From the NCBI GenBank assembly GCA_030704615.1, contig CM060732.1, positions 248,001-312,000 on the forward strand: DNA of 64,000 bases, given 5' to 3'. A program made the translations under genes and the position numbers. This document shows positions 36,890 to 49,759 of the stretch, in pieces; position 1 is the first letter of the stretch; every line of letters starts with the position of its first letter. A model generated the notes under the pieces. The model ran no database searches, had not been told where the DNA came from, and saw only the letters and a program-made list of their open reading frames with translations. The DNA comes from Takakia lepidozioides. Its lineage: Eukaryota > Plantae > Bryophyta.

Positions 36890-37520
36890 ATTGTAGGGTG
36901 ACTTCAATGCCCAAGTGGGCAAAGGGCTCCATCAAGACGATATCATTGGGTCTTCTGGTGAGGACGAGCTGAATTCTAATGGCAGACGGTTAATTAACTT
37001 TCTGGAAGAGCTTCAGCTTTTGACCTTGATTAACAAGACAAGAGGTGACCAAGTGCAGTGGACTCGTGAGAAATCCCAAACTGGGGAACGTTCCATTGTG
37101 GACTATATCATAATGGACAAAAATTTGTTCCCCAGTGTGCCAATGTGTTGATCGACAGAACTGATATTGGTACCTCTGACCACTTTCTGGACTGAGATCA
37201 AAAGGTGTTTTCCCAAGGCCAGAGTAGAAGAGATTCTCAAGGACCTGGACCTGGATCCGCAAGTCTTGACCCTGCTGGATAAATCAGACTTAGAGGCTGT
37301 AGTGTCCAAAGCCATGTCTATTGCCATGAGATTGTCTGATGAAAATGAAGTTAGGCATAAAACTTCCCTGAACTTGTTTCTAGTCAGTGACATGGGGGAG
37401 GACATCTTGGATGACCTCAAGGGTCCACCCACTCTCGGCACTAGACTGAAAATTAAACTCAGGGAAGGAAGCCTACCTTTGAACATGATACAGAAGCAGA
37501 GAGGAAAGGGGGAGTGCACT
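36890..37520 (+). pseudogene. Second LINE fragment (EN C-terminal half fused to post-RT region)
   Basis: GDFNAQVG...NSNGRRL...WTR...SIVDYII...SDH, joined to RVEEILKDLDLDP...KLREGSLPL. Confidence 0.88.
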
Positions 37521-38096
37521 CTCCCAAGTGAACCTGCATCATTCAGTTGGCAAGACTGTGTCTGAAAAATTGATCCATTTGAAGACACCACGGTGCAGCT
37601 GAGCACAGCCTGACATGACAACAATTAAACATCATACTGAGACAAGAGAAGCAGTCAAGGACACAGTCATGCATATGGCAGCAAGTGATCACCCTTCAAA
37701 CATGATTGAAAACATACATGAGGTCAAAGGCAATAAGAAATCAGCGAAGGGTACTGCAGCTAACAGTTGGACTGTCTTTAAAGACAAAGGGAAGAGAAAG
37801 AAACACTTCACTGGCAATGAGGGGAGGCTGTGGAAACGCCAAGAGGATGGCACAAATGATAGAAATAACAGGGCTGGGCAAAGGATCATGCAGGAAGAAG
37901 AAAGGGTATGTCAGCATGGAAAGGACGTGCGGCTCATTCCAACAGAAAGGGGAACATTCGTGCAGTTAAGTACAACAACCAATTGCCCTTCAATTATGGC
38001 TGGAATTTTCCAAAAGGCGAGGGATGATAAGGATGAGATTGTACTCATAAGACGTTGTTTGCCGTAGCCTTGTGGCCATTGACCCCGCGCCCAGTT

Positions 38097-39908
38097 TCAG
38101 TGGGAACAAAAGGAACAGGGCTGACGTTGGTAGTAAGACTTACCATCGTATAAGGAATTAATCCGGGTTTTCCAGATATCCTCTAGAAAACCCTTCACAC
38201 AAGCATCAATCTGCTGTGTGTGATTTGCCCAAAAACTAGGCCTCAGGAGGGCCTGGGCTTTTGGCTCAGCCTCGAGACTTTCAAAGTTGGTAAACAGGGG
38301 TACAGGCACAATTCCCTTGATAGAATTGAAGAGAGCCTCTCTTTGGTGAGAGAACCCGGACAGCGTATCAGAAAATGAATACTGTCTTCAGATTGCCCAC
38401 ACAACGGACAATTGCACTCTCCCTTTCCTCTTTGCTTCTGTTTGCTGTTCAAAGGTAGGCTTCCTGCCCTGAGTTTAAATTTCAGTCTAGTGCCGAGAGT
38501 GGGTAGACCCTTGAGGTCATCCAAGATGTCCACCCCCATGTCACTGACTAGAAACAAGTTCAGGGAAGTTCTCTGCCTAACTTCATTTTCATCAGACAAT
38601 CTCATGGCAACAGACATGGCCTCAGACACTACAGCCTCTAAGGCAGATTTATCCAGCAGGGTCAAGACTTGCGGATCCAGGTCTTGGTCCTTGAGAATCT
38701 TTTCTACTCTCTTCTGCCAGGACTTAGCTTGTTTGACAGGGCGGTCCTGTTTCCCAGATATAGAGTCAATCAACTTAGGATATCTGGTGTTGGGCATATG
38801 TTGCAGCTGACCCCACCATCTGACCTTGAATTCATCTCGTCGGGAGCTTAAGGATGGAATGCCAAACTCACCCCGAACAGCCACATTGGCTGTTTTGGAG
38901 CATGCTGACATACACTCCTTAAGCACCCCCACTTGAATGGATTCTAGAGACTTAGCCTGGTTGGAGTTATCAACCCATATAGCAGATCCGTACTCCAAGG
39001 CAGGTCTAATAACGCGACAAAGCATGGTTTTCTTAACCTCAGAGATGACCCCTCTCTAGTGGAAAAATTTAGTGAGCCCCAGAGCTTTGCCCTTGCCAGT
39101 TTGAACAACTTTCCGGATATGTGCATCCCAATTACAATTGGAGGAAAACTCAACGCCCAGGTAAGTGTAGGAAGGGAGGACCGGGATCTCTTGGCTACCC
39201 CACTGGCACTTAAGATCACTTCCTCCCTCTCCTCTGTCGTTGAATGCTACCACTGCACATTTGCTGACATTAGCCTCTAGCCCCCAAAGATCAAAGTATC
39301 TCTTTGCGCAATTAATCAACTCCTGAGTGTGATGCCACGGTAGTTCCCCGGTTCTTCTCTGTCACCCTTCTTGTATAGACTGACAATGACCCCCTGTCGC
39401 CAGCGAAAGGGGATCATTTTCAGTCTTCCAGATAAGGTTAAAGAGGAGAACTAGGGCCTCTATCATGGGATCGCCACCGTGCTTGATAAGCTCGTTGACA
39501 ATACCATCAGGCCCACCAGCTTTATATCCATTTAAATGTTCAATTGCTTCCACAATCTCAGAAGAACTAATGGGAGCGTTATAAGCCATTGAAATATACT
39601 CCAGTTCATCAGGGCTGTTTTGAATCATAGGAACAATTTTTCCAACTGCGTCCCTCCATTCAGCAGAAGATCCCCCATTTATAACCATTGACATCTCCAA
39701 CCAGTTTATCCGAAGTTTCCCATGTTTCTTGCCCAGCACAGATATGAATATCATTAGTCCGAAGGACTTGTCCCACTTCGAGTTGTTTCCTTTGGTTAGT
39801 AAGCCCTGAGAAGTTGAAAGTGGCCAGCCGCAAGCCAGCCCTTTGCATGTGAATTGTTTGTCGTCTAGGTAGCTTGGGATTGCTCCTGGACGCCCAACCG
39901 TTTTGCAA
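38097..39908 (-). pseudogene. LINE ORF2 remnant, sister of 118-2150, retaining the C-terminal Cys/His knuckle
   Basis: Same RT-core deletion junction. KFKLRAGSLPL...CPLCGQSEDSIHFLIRCP. Most of EN/linker deleted at ~39675. Confidence 0.92.
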
Positions 39909-40494
39909 AGGGGGGACAGTTACCCCATGTGTAGATTTTGCTCGTCTTGTGTAAACTCTTGAGTACCAAATCCTTCATATTCAGGACGTTCAGGTTCTGT
40001 ACACTTAGGGGCATCTTGTCCCTCTGGCTATTTGGATTCAATAAGGATGAGAATAGGCCTGATACAGTGAGTACAACCATTGTGTCACGCCAATCATTAT
40101 TAGGAAAGAAAATAGGCCTAATGTGCTCATAACCTCTGATGACTGGGAATCTTGATGCCCATGTCCTCCTGTCATTGCTGCACAACAATCCGCCACCACA
40201 CCCGCATATCATCACCGATCAGCCCAGGCCTGCCCCACATTCCCGCGCACTTACTTCATCCCCTTCGATTCCTGCCCTCTACATACATCACAACCTCAAA
40301 CCTTCTCCCAAGTCAGTGCCCTCGCCACATTGTCCTACCATGCCCTATGGAGAGGAGGGGAGAGGAGGAAAAAGAGAAAGCCCGCGGAAGGGAAGGCGGA
40401 CGCGGGAGAGGAGGAGAAAGAAAAGAGAAAGCCGTGGGAGGTCAAGGGAGAAAGATCGTGGAGCGAAAAAAAAAAAAAAAAACAAACATACAAA

Positions 40495-40563
40495 ACGACG
40501 ATTCCACGATTCAATCCCGGGATGCATCGCGGCGGAATCGCCATTCTTACCACTACACTATCC
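40495..40563 (-). ncRNA. Degenerate tRNA-like sequence, copy 2
   Basis: TAGTGTAGTGGTAAGAAT...CCCGGGATTGAATC followed by a T run. Confidence 0.5.
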
Positions 40564-40715
40564 CTAAAAACTCAACAACCCCCTCCTGTAAAATTATATT
40601 TAAGGTGTTTTAAACCCCCCTCTGTATGTATAATGTTGTACATGGGGGGGTTTAAAATACCCCCTCCTGTGCACGCACGTGGCTGGTACATTTAATGAGG
40701 AGTGCACCCCCCAGG

Positions 40716-43700
40716 GCCCGGGACAAGATGAGGAATTTGAAGCAAACAGATGACATTCGGGGGTATGTCCAGGCTTTCAATGTGCTGTTGCTCGAAGTCG
40801 CAGACATGGCAGAACCAGAAATGGTCTTCAACTTTGTGGCGGGACTGGCCCCATGGGCCAGGCGGAAGTTGGAGGAGAAGCCACCCAAGACTTTGAACGA
40901 GGCAATTGAGAGGGCTGAATGTTTCTCGGATGTCCCTAGGGGTGAGAGACAAGGCTGTACGGAGCTGAACCACAAGAAGACCCGGCGGGAAGGTGACTCC
41001 TCCCGACCGGAAAAGAAGTGGGATAGACCACGCGGCGACAATGGCACGTGGAAATCGAAGGGAGGGCCTTCACACGTCAAGGCGGCACCCGGTGCTTCGA
41101 AAGGAAAAGCGGGTGGAGCGGCTTATGGCGGACAGAAGGCGACCTTTGATGGAGTGTGTTTCAATTGCGGGGAGCCCGGGCACATGGCCAAGAAGTGCAC
41201 AAAACCTCGACAATTGAACATGACTCGGGCAACCACGGAGCTGTCGGAAGATACCATCAGTCGCTTGGTGGAAGCGGTGGTCGCCAGGACTTGCAAGGTA
41301 GGCAACTATTCTTGTGAGTTGTATCAGGAAACTGGCGCCCTGCGTAAAGGGAGTTAGTTATTGTTCGTGGATGGGATAATATCCGGAACTAACGTGTCGT
41401 TGTTGGTGGACACAGGAGCGTCGCACTCCTTCATGACGCCGGCGGCAGCGCGAAAGTTGGGACTCCCGACAAGTGACGTGGGGGCCTCTATTGAGGTGCG
41501 TTCTGCCAAAGGAGAACCACAGTTGGCGACAAGGTTGGCGTTTGATGTTCCTCTTCAACTGGGGAGTTGGGAGGGACGTGAGAACTTCACCATCTGCGAG
41601 ATCGATGGAGTGGATCTCATTTTGGGGATGACCTTTTTGAGCAAATCCGGAGCGGTCATAGATGGCCGCAAGAGAGTAGTCACGCTGCCATGTGGGAATG
41701 GTGGCGAGGTTTTACGAGTGTCGGAAACGCCCAAATCCATGGGAGGGCGAATAAACCTTCTGTCAGCAAAGGAGTGGGCCGTGGAGGAGGCACACGAGCC
41801 CCAATTTTTGCTTTACATTACAGAAGTGACAGGAGAAGGCGATGGGGAGCCGAGCCCAGATTGGATCAAGGGGATTTTGGAGAAATACCAGGATGTGATG
41901 CCGGAGGATTTACCAAGCGGCTTGCCACCGCGAAGAGGAGTTGACCACAAGATTGAGGTGATACCGGGATCGGAACTGCCTGCAAAGGCGCCCTACCGGT
42001 TGAGCCACAGAGAGTTGGTCGAGCTGAAGACTCACCTCAAGGATCTAATGTCAAAGGGTTATATCCGGCCGAGTAAGTCACCTTACGGAGCCCCGGTGCT
42101 ATTTGCAGACAAGAAGGTTGGGACGCTGCGGATGTGTGTCGATTACAGGGCTCTGAATAAGGTGACTATCAAAAACCGGTACCCTTTGCCAAGGATCGAC
42201 GACCTCTTCGATCGGTTGGCAGGAGCGAAGTATTTCAGCCGGATCGACTTGCGCTCCGGCTATCATCAAATTCGGGTGGCGGAAGGAGATGAGGAGAAGA
42301 CCGCGTGCAGGACAAGGTATGGTTCATATGAGTTCTTGGTGATGCCTTTTGGGCTCACCAATGCACCAGCGACATTTAGCACGCTGATGAACAGCCTTTT
42401 CCAGGAGTGGTTGGATGACTTTGTGATCGTGTACATCGACGACATCTTGGTGTACTCGAAAACAAAGGAAGAACACCTGGAGCACCTAAAAAGGGTGTTC
42501 CAAAAATTGCGAGAAGGGAAGCTGTATGCCAAAGCTTCAAAGTGCGAATTCGGGGTCACAAAAGTGGAGTTCCTGGGGCATGTGATTACACAGGATGGGA
42601 TCAAAATGGATGACAGAAAGGTGAGGGCGATCTTGGACTAGGAGCCTCCGACTTCGGTCCCGGGAGTGCGATCCTTCATAGGACTCGCCTCCTATTACCG
42701 GAAGTATGTGAGAAATTTCGCCAAGATCGCGGGGCCGCTGTCGGACCTTCTGTGTAAATCCAAAGTCTGGGAATGGAATACATTTTGTGGCCAAGCTTTT
42801 GCTGAATTGAAGCAGCGGATGGCGGAAGCTCCAGTCTTGAAAATCCCGGAGTTCGATCGTCCATTTGAGATTCATACAGATGCGTCGGACTTCGCGATTG
42901 GGGGTGTACTTATGCAAGATGGACGTCCAGTGGCTTACGAAAGTAAGAAACTGAATGAAGTGGAGCGACGGTGGCCGACGCACGAAAAAGAGATGTAGGC
43001 GGTGGTGCATTGCCTCGAGCTTTGGCGCCACTATGTTGGTTCCAACCCAATGAAGGTGTTCACGGACAATGTCACGGTGAAGTATTTTGCCACGCAGCCC
43101 AAGTTGTCCCCAAAACAACTTAGGTGGCAAGATACTTTGGCGGTGTTCGACGTGGATATCCAGTACAAACCGGGACGAGATAACGTGGTGGCCGATGCTT
43201 TAAGTAGAAAGCAGCAGCTCTTGTTGGTGTACAAGGGCGAGACGGCGCTCCAAAGGAAGATCCGGAAGGCTTGCCGGAAGGATGAGCTGGCAAAGTCCGC
43301 GATGCAGGACTTGAGGATGGGGGGTAAATCGCAGTTCCACTTGCAAAATGGACTGCTCCGGTATAAGCAAAAACGCCTCTACGTGCCGAAGGGAGGGATC
43401 AGAGATAGCCTCTTGAGAGAATGCCATGATAGCCCGCTTGCGGGCCACGACGGAGCCAAGCGCACTGCGTCACTCTTGAAGAAAGAGTATTTCTGGCCCA
43501 AACTGAGGGAGGAGGCAGAGGAGTATGTCAAGACATACACCACATGCCAACAAAACCGGAGCGAGTACAAAAAGCAAGCGGGGCTGTTACAACCCTTGCC
43601 AATTCCAGAGGGGACTTGGAAAAGCGTCTCGATGGATTTCATGACTGCTATGCCGCTGTCAAAAGGATTCGATGCAATCATGGTGGTGGTGGATAGGTTC

Positions 43701-44697
43701 AGTAAAATGGGCCATTTCATCCCCACCAAGGAGACGGCAACGGCGCAGGAGACAGGGCGACTTTACTTCGCCCACGTCTTAAAACATCATGGAGTCCCGA
43801 AGGATATTGTCTAGACCGCGATCCAAAGTTTACGAGTAAATTTTGGAGGGCACTTTGGAAGAAGATGGGGACGAGGTTGAAGATGAGCACCGCCTTCCGA
43901 CCTACGACCGACGGCCAAACAGAAAGGGTGAATTCCGTAGTGAAGCAGATCTTGCGGAATTACGTGTCGGCAGACCAAACAGACTGGGTGGAACACTTAG
44001 ACGCGGAAGAGTTCTGTTATAATAACACAAAACACTCCGCAACGGGAGTTTCCCTTTCGTATTGGTCTATGGAAAAGCACCTCTGGTGCCGACAAGTTGG
44101 GCCGCCCAGGACGTTGAGGAACCGGCAGTAGCGGCGGTACTGGAAGAACACGAGCGTTTGTTGAAGCTCGCAAAGTACAATATTGCCAAAGTTAGGAAAC
44201 GGTATGAAAGGCAGGCAAATCGGAAGCGGAGGGAAGTGAAGTTTGAGGCAGGCACAGAGGTCTGGTTGAACATCAAGAATTTCCAACTACCTCCGGAAGT
44301 GAGTCCAAAGTTCGTACCTCCATATGCGGGACCCTTTCGCATTCGGAAGGTTATGAATGAGGATGTGTATGAATTGGAGCTGCCGGCAAACAGTAAGGTG
44401 CACCCAGTATTCCATGTATCCCTTTTGAAGCCTTACTTCAAAGATGAAGCGCGTCCGAATCGGCATCAAGTGTTGCGTCCATCACCTATGCTGTTGGATC
44501 ATGAAAATGAACCTGAGTACGAGGTGGAGGCAATACTTAAGTCGAGGAGGTTCAGGAACCGAGAAACGGAGTATCTTGTCAAATGGAAGGGCTATCATCA
44601 TGTGGAGGCATCTTGGGTGCGTGCCTCAGAAATGGGAAACGCATCCGAGGCGGTTGCAACTTTCGAAGGGCGACCTCAAAAGCGGAAGAAGCGTTGA
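40716..44697 (+). pseudogene. gag-pol of copy B (CCHC, PR, RT, RH, IN, complete chromodomain)
   Basis: CFNCGEPGHMAKKC, LVDTGAS, YIDD, YEVEAIL...YLVKWKGY...SWVRASEM. In-frame stops at 41355, 42639 and 42996; frameshifts near 43812 and 44055. Confidence 0.97.
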
Positions 44698-46809
44698 TGG
44701 GGACATCAACCTTGGAGCGTGGGGGAGGAAATGCATGCTTAGCCCGGCTTAGCTAGCTCAGGAATCCAATTGCAAAAACTTGTATTGTACAAAATTTGCT
44801 TTAAATGAAATGTTTCAAAATGTTGTGCTTCCTATTTTTGTTTGGAATGGCGATGCATGGTATGGTTGGCTAGTGTATAGAAGGCATTCTAGCTTACAAA
44901 AGCGGGAGAGGTAAATTGGGTTAATCGTGTGTTTGCGCAGTGCCGAAATCGGGTGACTCCCATCCAAGGGGCAAGGAAACTTGCGCCTTCTTTGGGAGTT
45001 CACGTGCTAGTGCACACCTGGCGCGTGCGCATACTATAACTGCGCTACCGAGGGGGTTGCCTTGTAGTGCGGGCTAACGCGGAAGCTACGTGCTTCCGTT
45101 CACGTACTATAATCGTGTAGCCTCGGGGCGAAGTCGTAGTGCAGCTTCGGCGTGTTCCCGTACCTCAGGCCAGCATTCCAAGGCGGACCCAATTGTAGTG
45201 ATTGGGGCGCACGGTTGGTTCAAGGTTATCTTCCTAGTCAAAGAGGGTTCCAAGTGAACCCTTGCTCAAGGTGATGCCAAAAGCGGCATCATGAGCGATC
45301 GCAAGCAATGTTGTTGCAGTAAGGCGATTCGATCCTCGGGGAGGATCGTTCCTTGGCCTTGAAGTAGGCCAAGAAGAGTGCACTGGGAGGAGCTGGAGAG
45401 GCTCCACCCTTGGCCGGGACTTGGAGGAAGTCGGCCGAACTAGCTAGTGGAGAGTAGAGTCAAGTGTGGGGTTTGGTTCTTTGCCATGGGACGCCATGGT
45501 ACGGAAACAAACTCCTTGATGTGGGACGCCACAACTTGGATGTTCGTTTCTACAAAATGAACAAGTCGATGAGGACATCGACTCCCTGTTGGTAGGGGTG
45601 TGTGTCGCGGCCCTTTGCCTTGAGGGCAAGGGGGTCGGGACACATGAGGGGTTGCCCCTGTGGTGGGGGCAGCGGCAGCGATAGGTATGGGGGGCTGAAG
45701 CACCCTTGAGTGCCCAAGGCACCCAAGGAGGCGGAGGCGCTCACTAGGTGGAGCCCCGCACACCGGGTTGCGGTGGGGGTGGCTCCACAAGGGGTGGTGG
45801 TAGCTTAGCGGGACTTAGTGGGGGTGGCATAGGACTCACCATGGTGGCGGAGACCTCGTGGTGGGAGTCGTGGGGAGTCTTGGGACTCATCACGGTCCAT
45901 AGGGGCCGTAGTGAGTGGGCCAAGACTCACCGCGACTCATCACCGGGAGTCGAGGGTTTTCGTGGTGGTTCGCCATAAAATGGCATGGCTGGTTGTGAAA
46001 CCCCCGCGGACAGCTACAGAAGTATATATAAGGGGAGTAGTGACCCCGAGAACGGTGCAAGCCCGTTGGTGACCAAAAACTAGTGAGTAAGCGAGCGAGC
46101 CGGAAAGCGACCAAAGAGTGGGGAGCTGTTCCGGACTGCCATCTACCAAAGGGAATTCTCCTAGTCCCAAATAGGTGGAGGGTTTAGTGGGAAGCGAAGG
46201 GGGACCGTTATGTCCTGGTGAGCAGCCGAAGCTCCAAGTTGGCCCGGGCGGCCAGGTTGGGAGTCAGGCGCGCGCATCAAAGCGAGTAACTATGACTTGA
46301 AGGGGAGCTTATCAAAGTGAGGTGCGCGACATGGTGCTTATGAGCCTTGGTCTGTCGCTATAGTGTACATCGCACTTGCCAACTTCGTGCGGTGTTCGAT
46401 TGCTCTGAATTCCTACGCTATAGTTTGCTGTCCTCCGCAACTTGGGAGAGCCTGGATCCCAAATTAGGGTGGACTTTACAGAGTGACTGAAACTTACCTT
46501 TGTTCCAAATTCAAGCTCAAACCGGGCACAGTTTATTTGGAAGAAGAAAGGTAGGATGTTCCTGGACAAGTTGACGAGACCATTGTCGTGCTAGGTAACG
46601 ACGGAGGTTGCGGAATCGAATGGCACGTACCCCCATCAGACACATCCTGTACCAAACTGTGGGAATGCCCATTCCCTTTCCGAATCAATCGCTACCCACA
46701 CCATCCACAAAGGAGTCGGGAAACCGACAGGCGGCCACTGCCAACAGAGAGGTATGCAACGATAATCATTCCTGACTGGACCGTCAAGACCCTCCATAGC
46801 TTCTCGTGT

Positions 46810-49306
46810 GTAGGTATTCGACATTTCCGACGAGGAAGATGAGTGCACTGAGGTCCCAATGTCCTCCACACGGTCGTTCAAATCCGACATGGACGTCTCT
46901 GCAGGTGCTACGCATGTACCTTCGAGCATAACTCCAACCCGGTCCATTGTGTAGCTCCTACGGCAACATCACCTTGATGGTTCTCACTCCGAGCTGGCTG
47001 CTCTCGACTATCCCAAATTTCCAGTCAGGAAGGTAACGTATCTGCCTCCCGAAGTTGATGGCAATGTCATCTTCGAGTTTCCACCTGTTACTTCGTCAAA
47101 CAAAGCCTCAGGGATGCTAACAGCATGGATCGAAAGCATGACGGACACCCCTGGTGTGTGACGAAGACCAGTAGTTAGAAAATTGCTGATGGTGTTCGTG
47201 TACGATACGTCCTCTGTGCGGGGAAGCTGAGGTGCCTCAATCCCGCCTGCTTCCACTTTCTCTCCAAAGGAGAGCGGAGAAACGAGACCGATTGGACTGG
47301 CACAACCCATCATCCATTCATTGTCTCCAGCCAAGCTCCGGCGGGTACTTTCAAGTGCGCACATTGCAAAGAACCACCGACGTGCATGTCCATGTGCAGA
47401 GCCAAGCAATATTACGTAATCCATTTGCTCCCGGACTTGACTAGAGCTTGCATACATGTTGGGGTCCACTGCCACCCCTTGGCGAGAGGCAACATGCGGG
47501 AGGTTGTGTAGGAAGCACACGACATCATAAAAGAGGAGGTGAAATTGAGCCCCGGAGCCAGACCAAAGCAGATTCAGCTGAAGGCAGGCCACATGATTGC
47601 TCTTGGCAAAATCATGTCTGAAGATGGTTCAGACCGAGTGCCCTTCAACGAAGAGGAGATGCTTGATCTGTTGGAGTCCGTCTCGCACGTTTGTAGTCCG
47701 AATGTGCGGAATCACATCGTATCTTGCAAGCAGGAGTTTGGTCGGGGGTCGGACATGCACTCAATCCTGGAGGTGAATGAAAAACTGGATATGACTACAT
47801 CCAAGGTAGCAGGTTTCCTGGGCAAGGCAACAAATCCGATCGTTGTTACATTTTTAAAATGTCGACGTGTGGGCCTGGGAGTGGAGTCAACTTGGTCACT
47901 CGCATGACAACTGGAAACTTGTCGAATGCTTGGGTAATGTTTGACCACATCAAGCGAATTACAAACCATCAATGGGTGACTATGGGTGCGCATGTTTATG
48001 ACTATCACTCCAAGAGGCTCATGACGATTGCAATCTGCGAGATGAAAGGGGAGGACACACAGTCGGAGATGCATCTGTGGGAGGGCATAAACGAGCAGAG
48101 CAAAGGCGGGTTTGCTAGAGCCCAATTTAAGGGGATTCATGGCAGACAACGCTCAGGCCAACTGGGCAGCAATGTAGCGTGTGTATGGTGAGGACCCCAA
48201 TGTTCCAATGGAGGGGAAAGAGAGATCCTGTGGATTCCATTGGATGCAGAGTCTATCTCACTACACTACCAAATTTGTTGCTAGTTCATTCCAGGCTGAA
48301 CACCGTGTCATTTGTACGGCGTGGAAGGATGCACCCACATTTGATGATGCGGAGGTTAAGTTTGCTATCATCGAGGCTTGGTGGAACACATCAGGTGCAT
48401 GGAGACAACCAATCTGGGAGCCTTGCACAGCTGGTTGGGGTGGTGGCATTTCCGGTATCGACAGTTCGGACAGTACATGCGGGAGGTATGATGTTGTCTT
48501 TTTCGTGCAATTGTCGTTCTATTACGGACCTTTCCATTGGTCCCTCACCATTGTTTCTGTCCTTGTAGGAGCGGTGCTTGGATTCCGACACGGACATGCC
48601 GAACACGAATATGGCAGAATCAGTCCACTTGTCTTGGCGAGCGTCTTCTGCCGCACATCTGGTGGACGTAGTGATGGCCACAATGGAGGACATCGATAGA
48701 GCAATCATGCAGCAAGCCACGTAGTACAAGTTCCTGAGCGGGAAACAATGGGGCTTTGGGCTGGACAGGGAGGAATTGTTGGTACGAACAGCTTCGAGGT
48801 CAAAGAATCAAATGAAATGGGCAACAACATTGCGAGAGAAGATCAAAGGGACACCTCAGCACCGCAGAGGTGAACACCTAGAGGGGGACGTCCGTACTCG
48901 CCCTGTGAGGCGGAGGATTGAAGAGGAACCTGGGTGCGAAGAGGATTCCTGGAGATCCGACAGGAACATTCGGACAGCACCTCGAGGTCCCGTCATGTTG
49001 CCGCACAATATGTCTTCCAGTAGTAGAAGCCCAAGAGTTTCCAGATCGCCATTGCCTTCAAGAGGGGATTCCGTGCAAGAAAATCCCACCGCTCGCTTGC
49101 CCCAGATTCCACCCGCTGTTATGCAGTATGGCCAAGCCATTGTGGAGACGACTGTGTCTGCGTCACAGTGGAGAATTGCTCGCACAAAGCCGGCATTTCG
49201 AGGCAGGTGTTCCGCAATTCGAGTGGATACACGACAAATTTGTTTAGAGATGATAAGGAGGAATCCAGATGGGGCTGTCCCTGCTCCTACTTTTACAGGA
49301 TCCTGA
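46810..49306 (+). pseudogene. Mutator-like (MULE) DDE transposase with N-terminal GCM/WRKY-like zinc domain
   Basis: MDRKHDGHPW...CAGKLRCLNPAC...CAHC...C...HVGVHCHP; VMFDHIKR (D1), FMADNAQANW (D2), CGFHW (CxxH), PNTNMAESVH (E). Intron ~48486-48568. Confidence 0.8.
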
Positions 49307-49759
49307 GGGACGGTGAAGTGGACGTGTCTGGCGTGAAACGACTTTCAATCGTCTATGAGTTGCCATATTAGGCGGTACATATTCCACAAAAACACCGTCA
49401 ATATCCCTATGCATGCATGTGATATTGCACATTTGGTATGCGTTGCATTGTCACTTTTACGTAAAAAAAATTGTGTAAGTCTTTGTGGGTGGGGATATAT
49501 GTAGGACCTAAAGATTCGCCATCTTCTAGATCCCATGCATATTGTATTGAGAAGAATGTTTGCTCGTCCCTTTTTTGGGTTCTTCATGGCACGCCGGCAA
49601 AGAAGGGAGTGGCTGCAAAAGGAGATTCTCTCGGTGTTAGAAAGGAGCTTGAGGAGCAGGGTCGCATGCGCCATCTATGGGCCAAATAAAATGGTGTGGA
49701 CCCAAAGGGTGTTGTATGGTGGAAGTATAGGCGCGCACCTTGGTAATGGACAAAGGAGG

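Larger units (their letters stand above)
35544..40715. mobile_element. Complete non-autonomous TIR element (CCCGGGGGGTGCACTC), copy 2, 5.17 kb
   Basis: 16-bp TIRs with 1 mismatch; 8-bp TSD GCCCGGGA (35536-35543, 40716-40723). The empty site is visible in Gypsy A at ~32225-32232. Subterminal ACCCCCCTGTA-type repeats at both ends. Confidence 0.96.
34175..46331 (+). mobile_element. Full-length Ty3/Gypsy chromovirus, copy B, with nested TIR element
   Basis: LTRs 34175-34903 and 45603-46331; TSD TGGTG; PBS TGGTATCAGAGC at 34906-34917; PPT-like GGTAGGGG at 45591. Confidence 0.98.
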
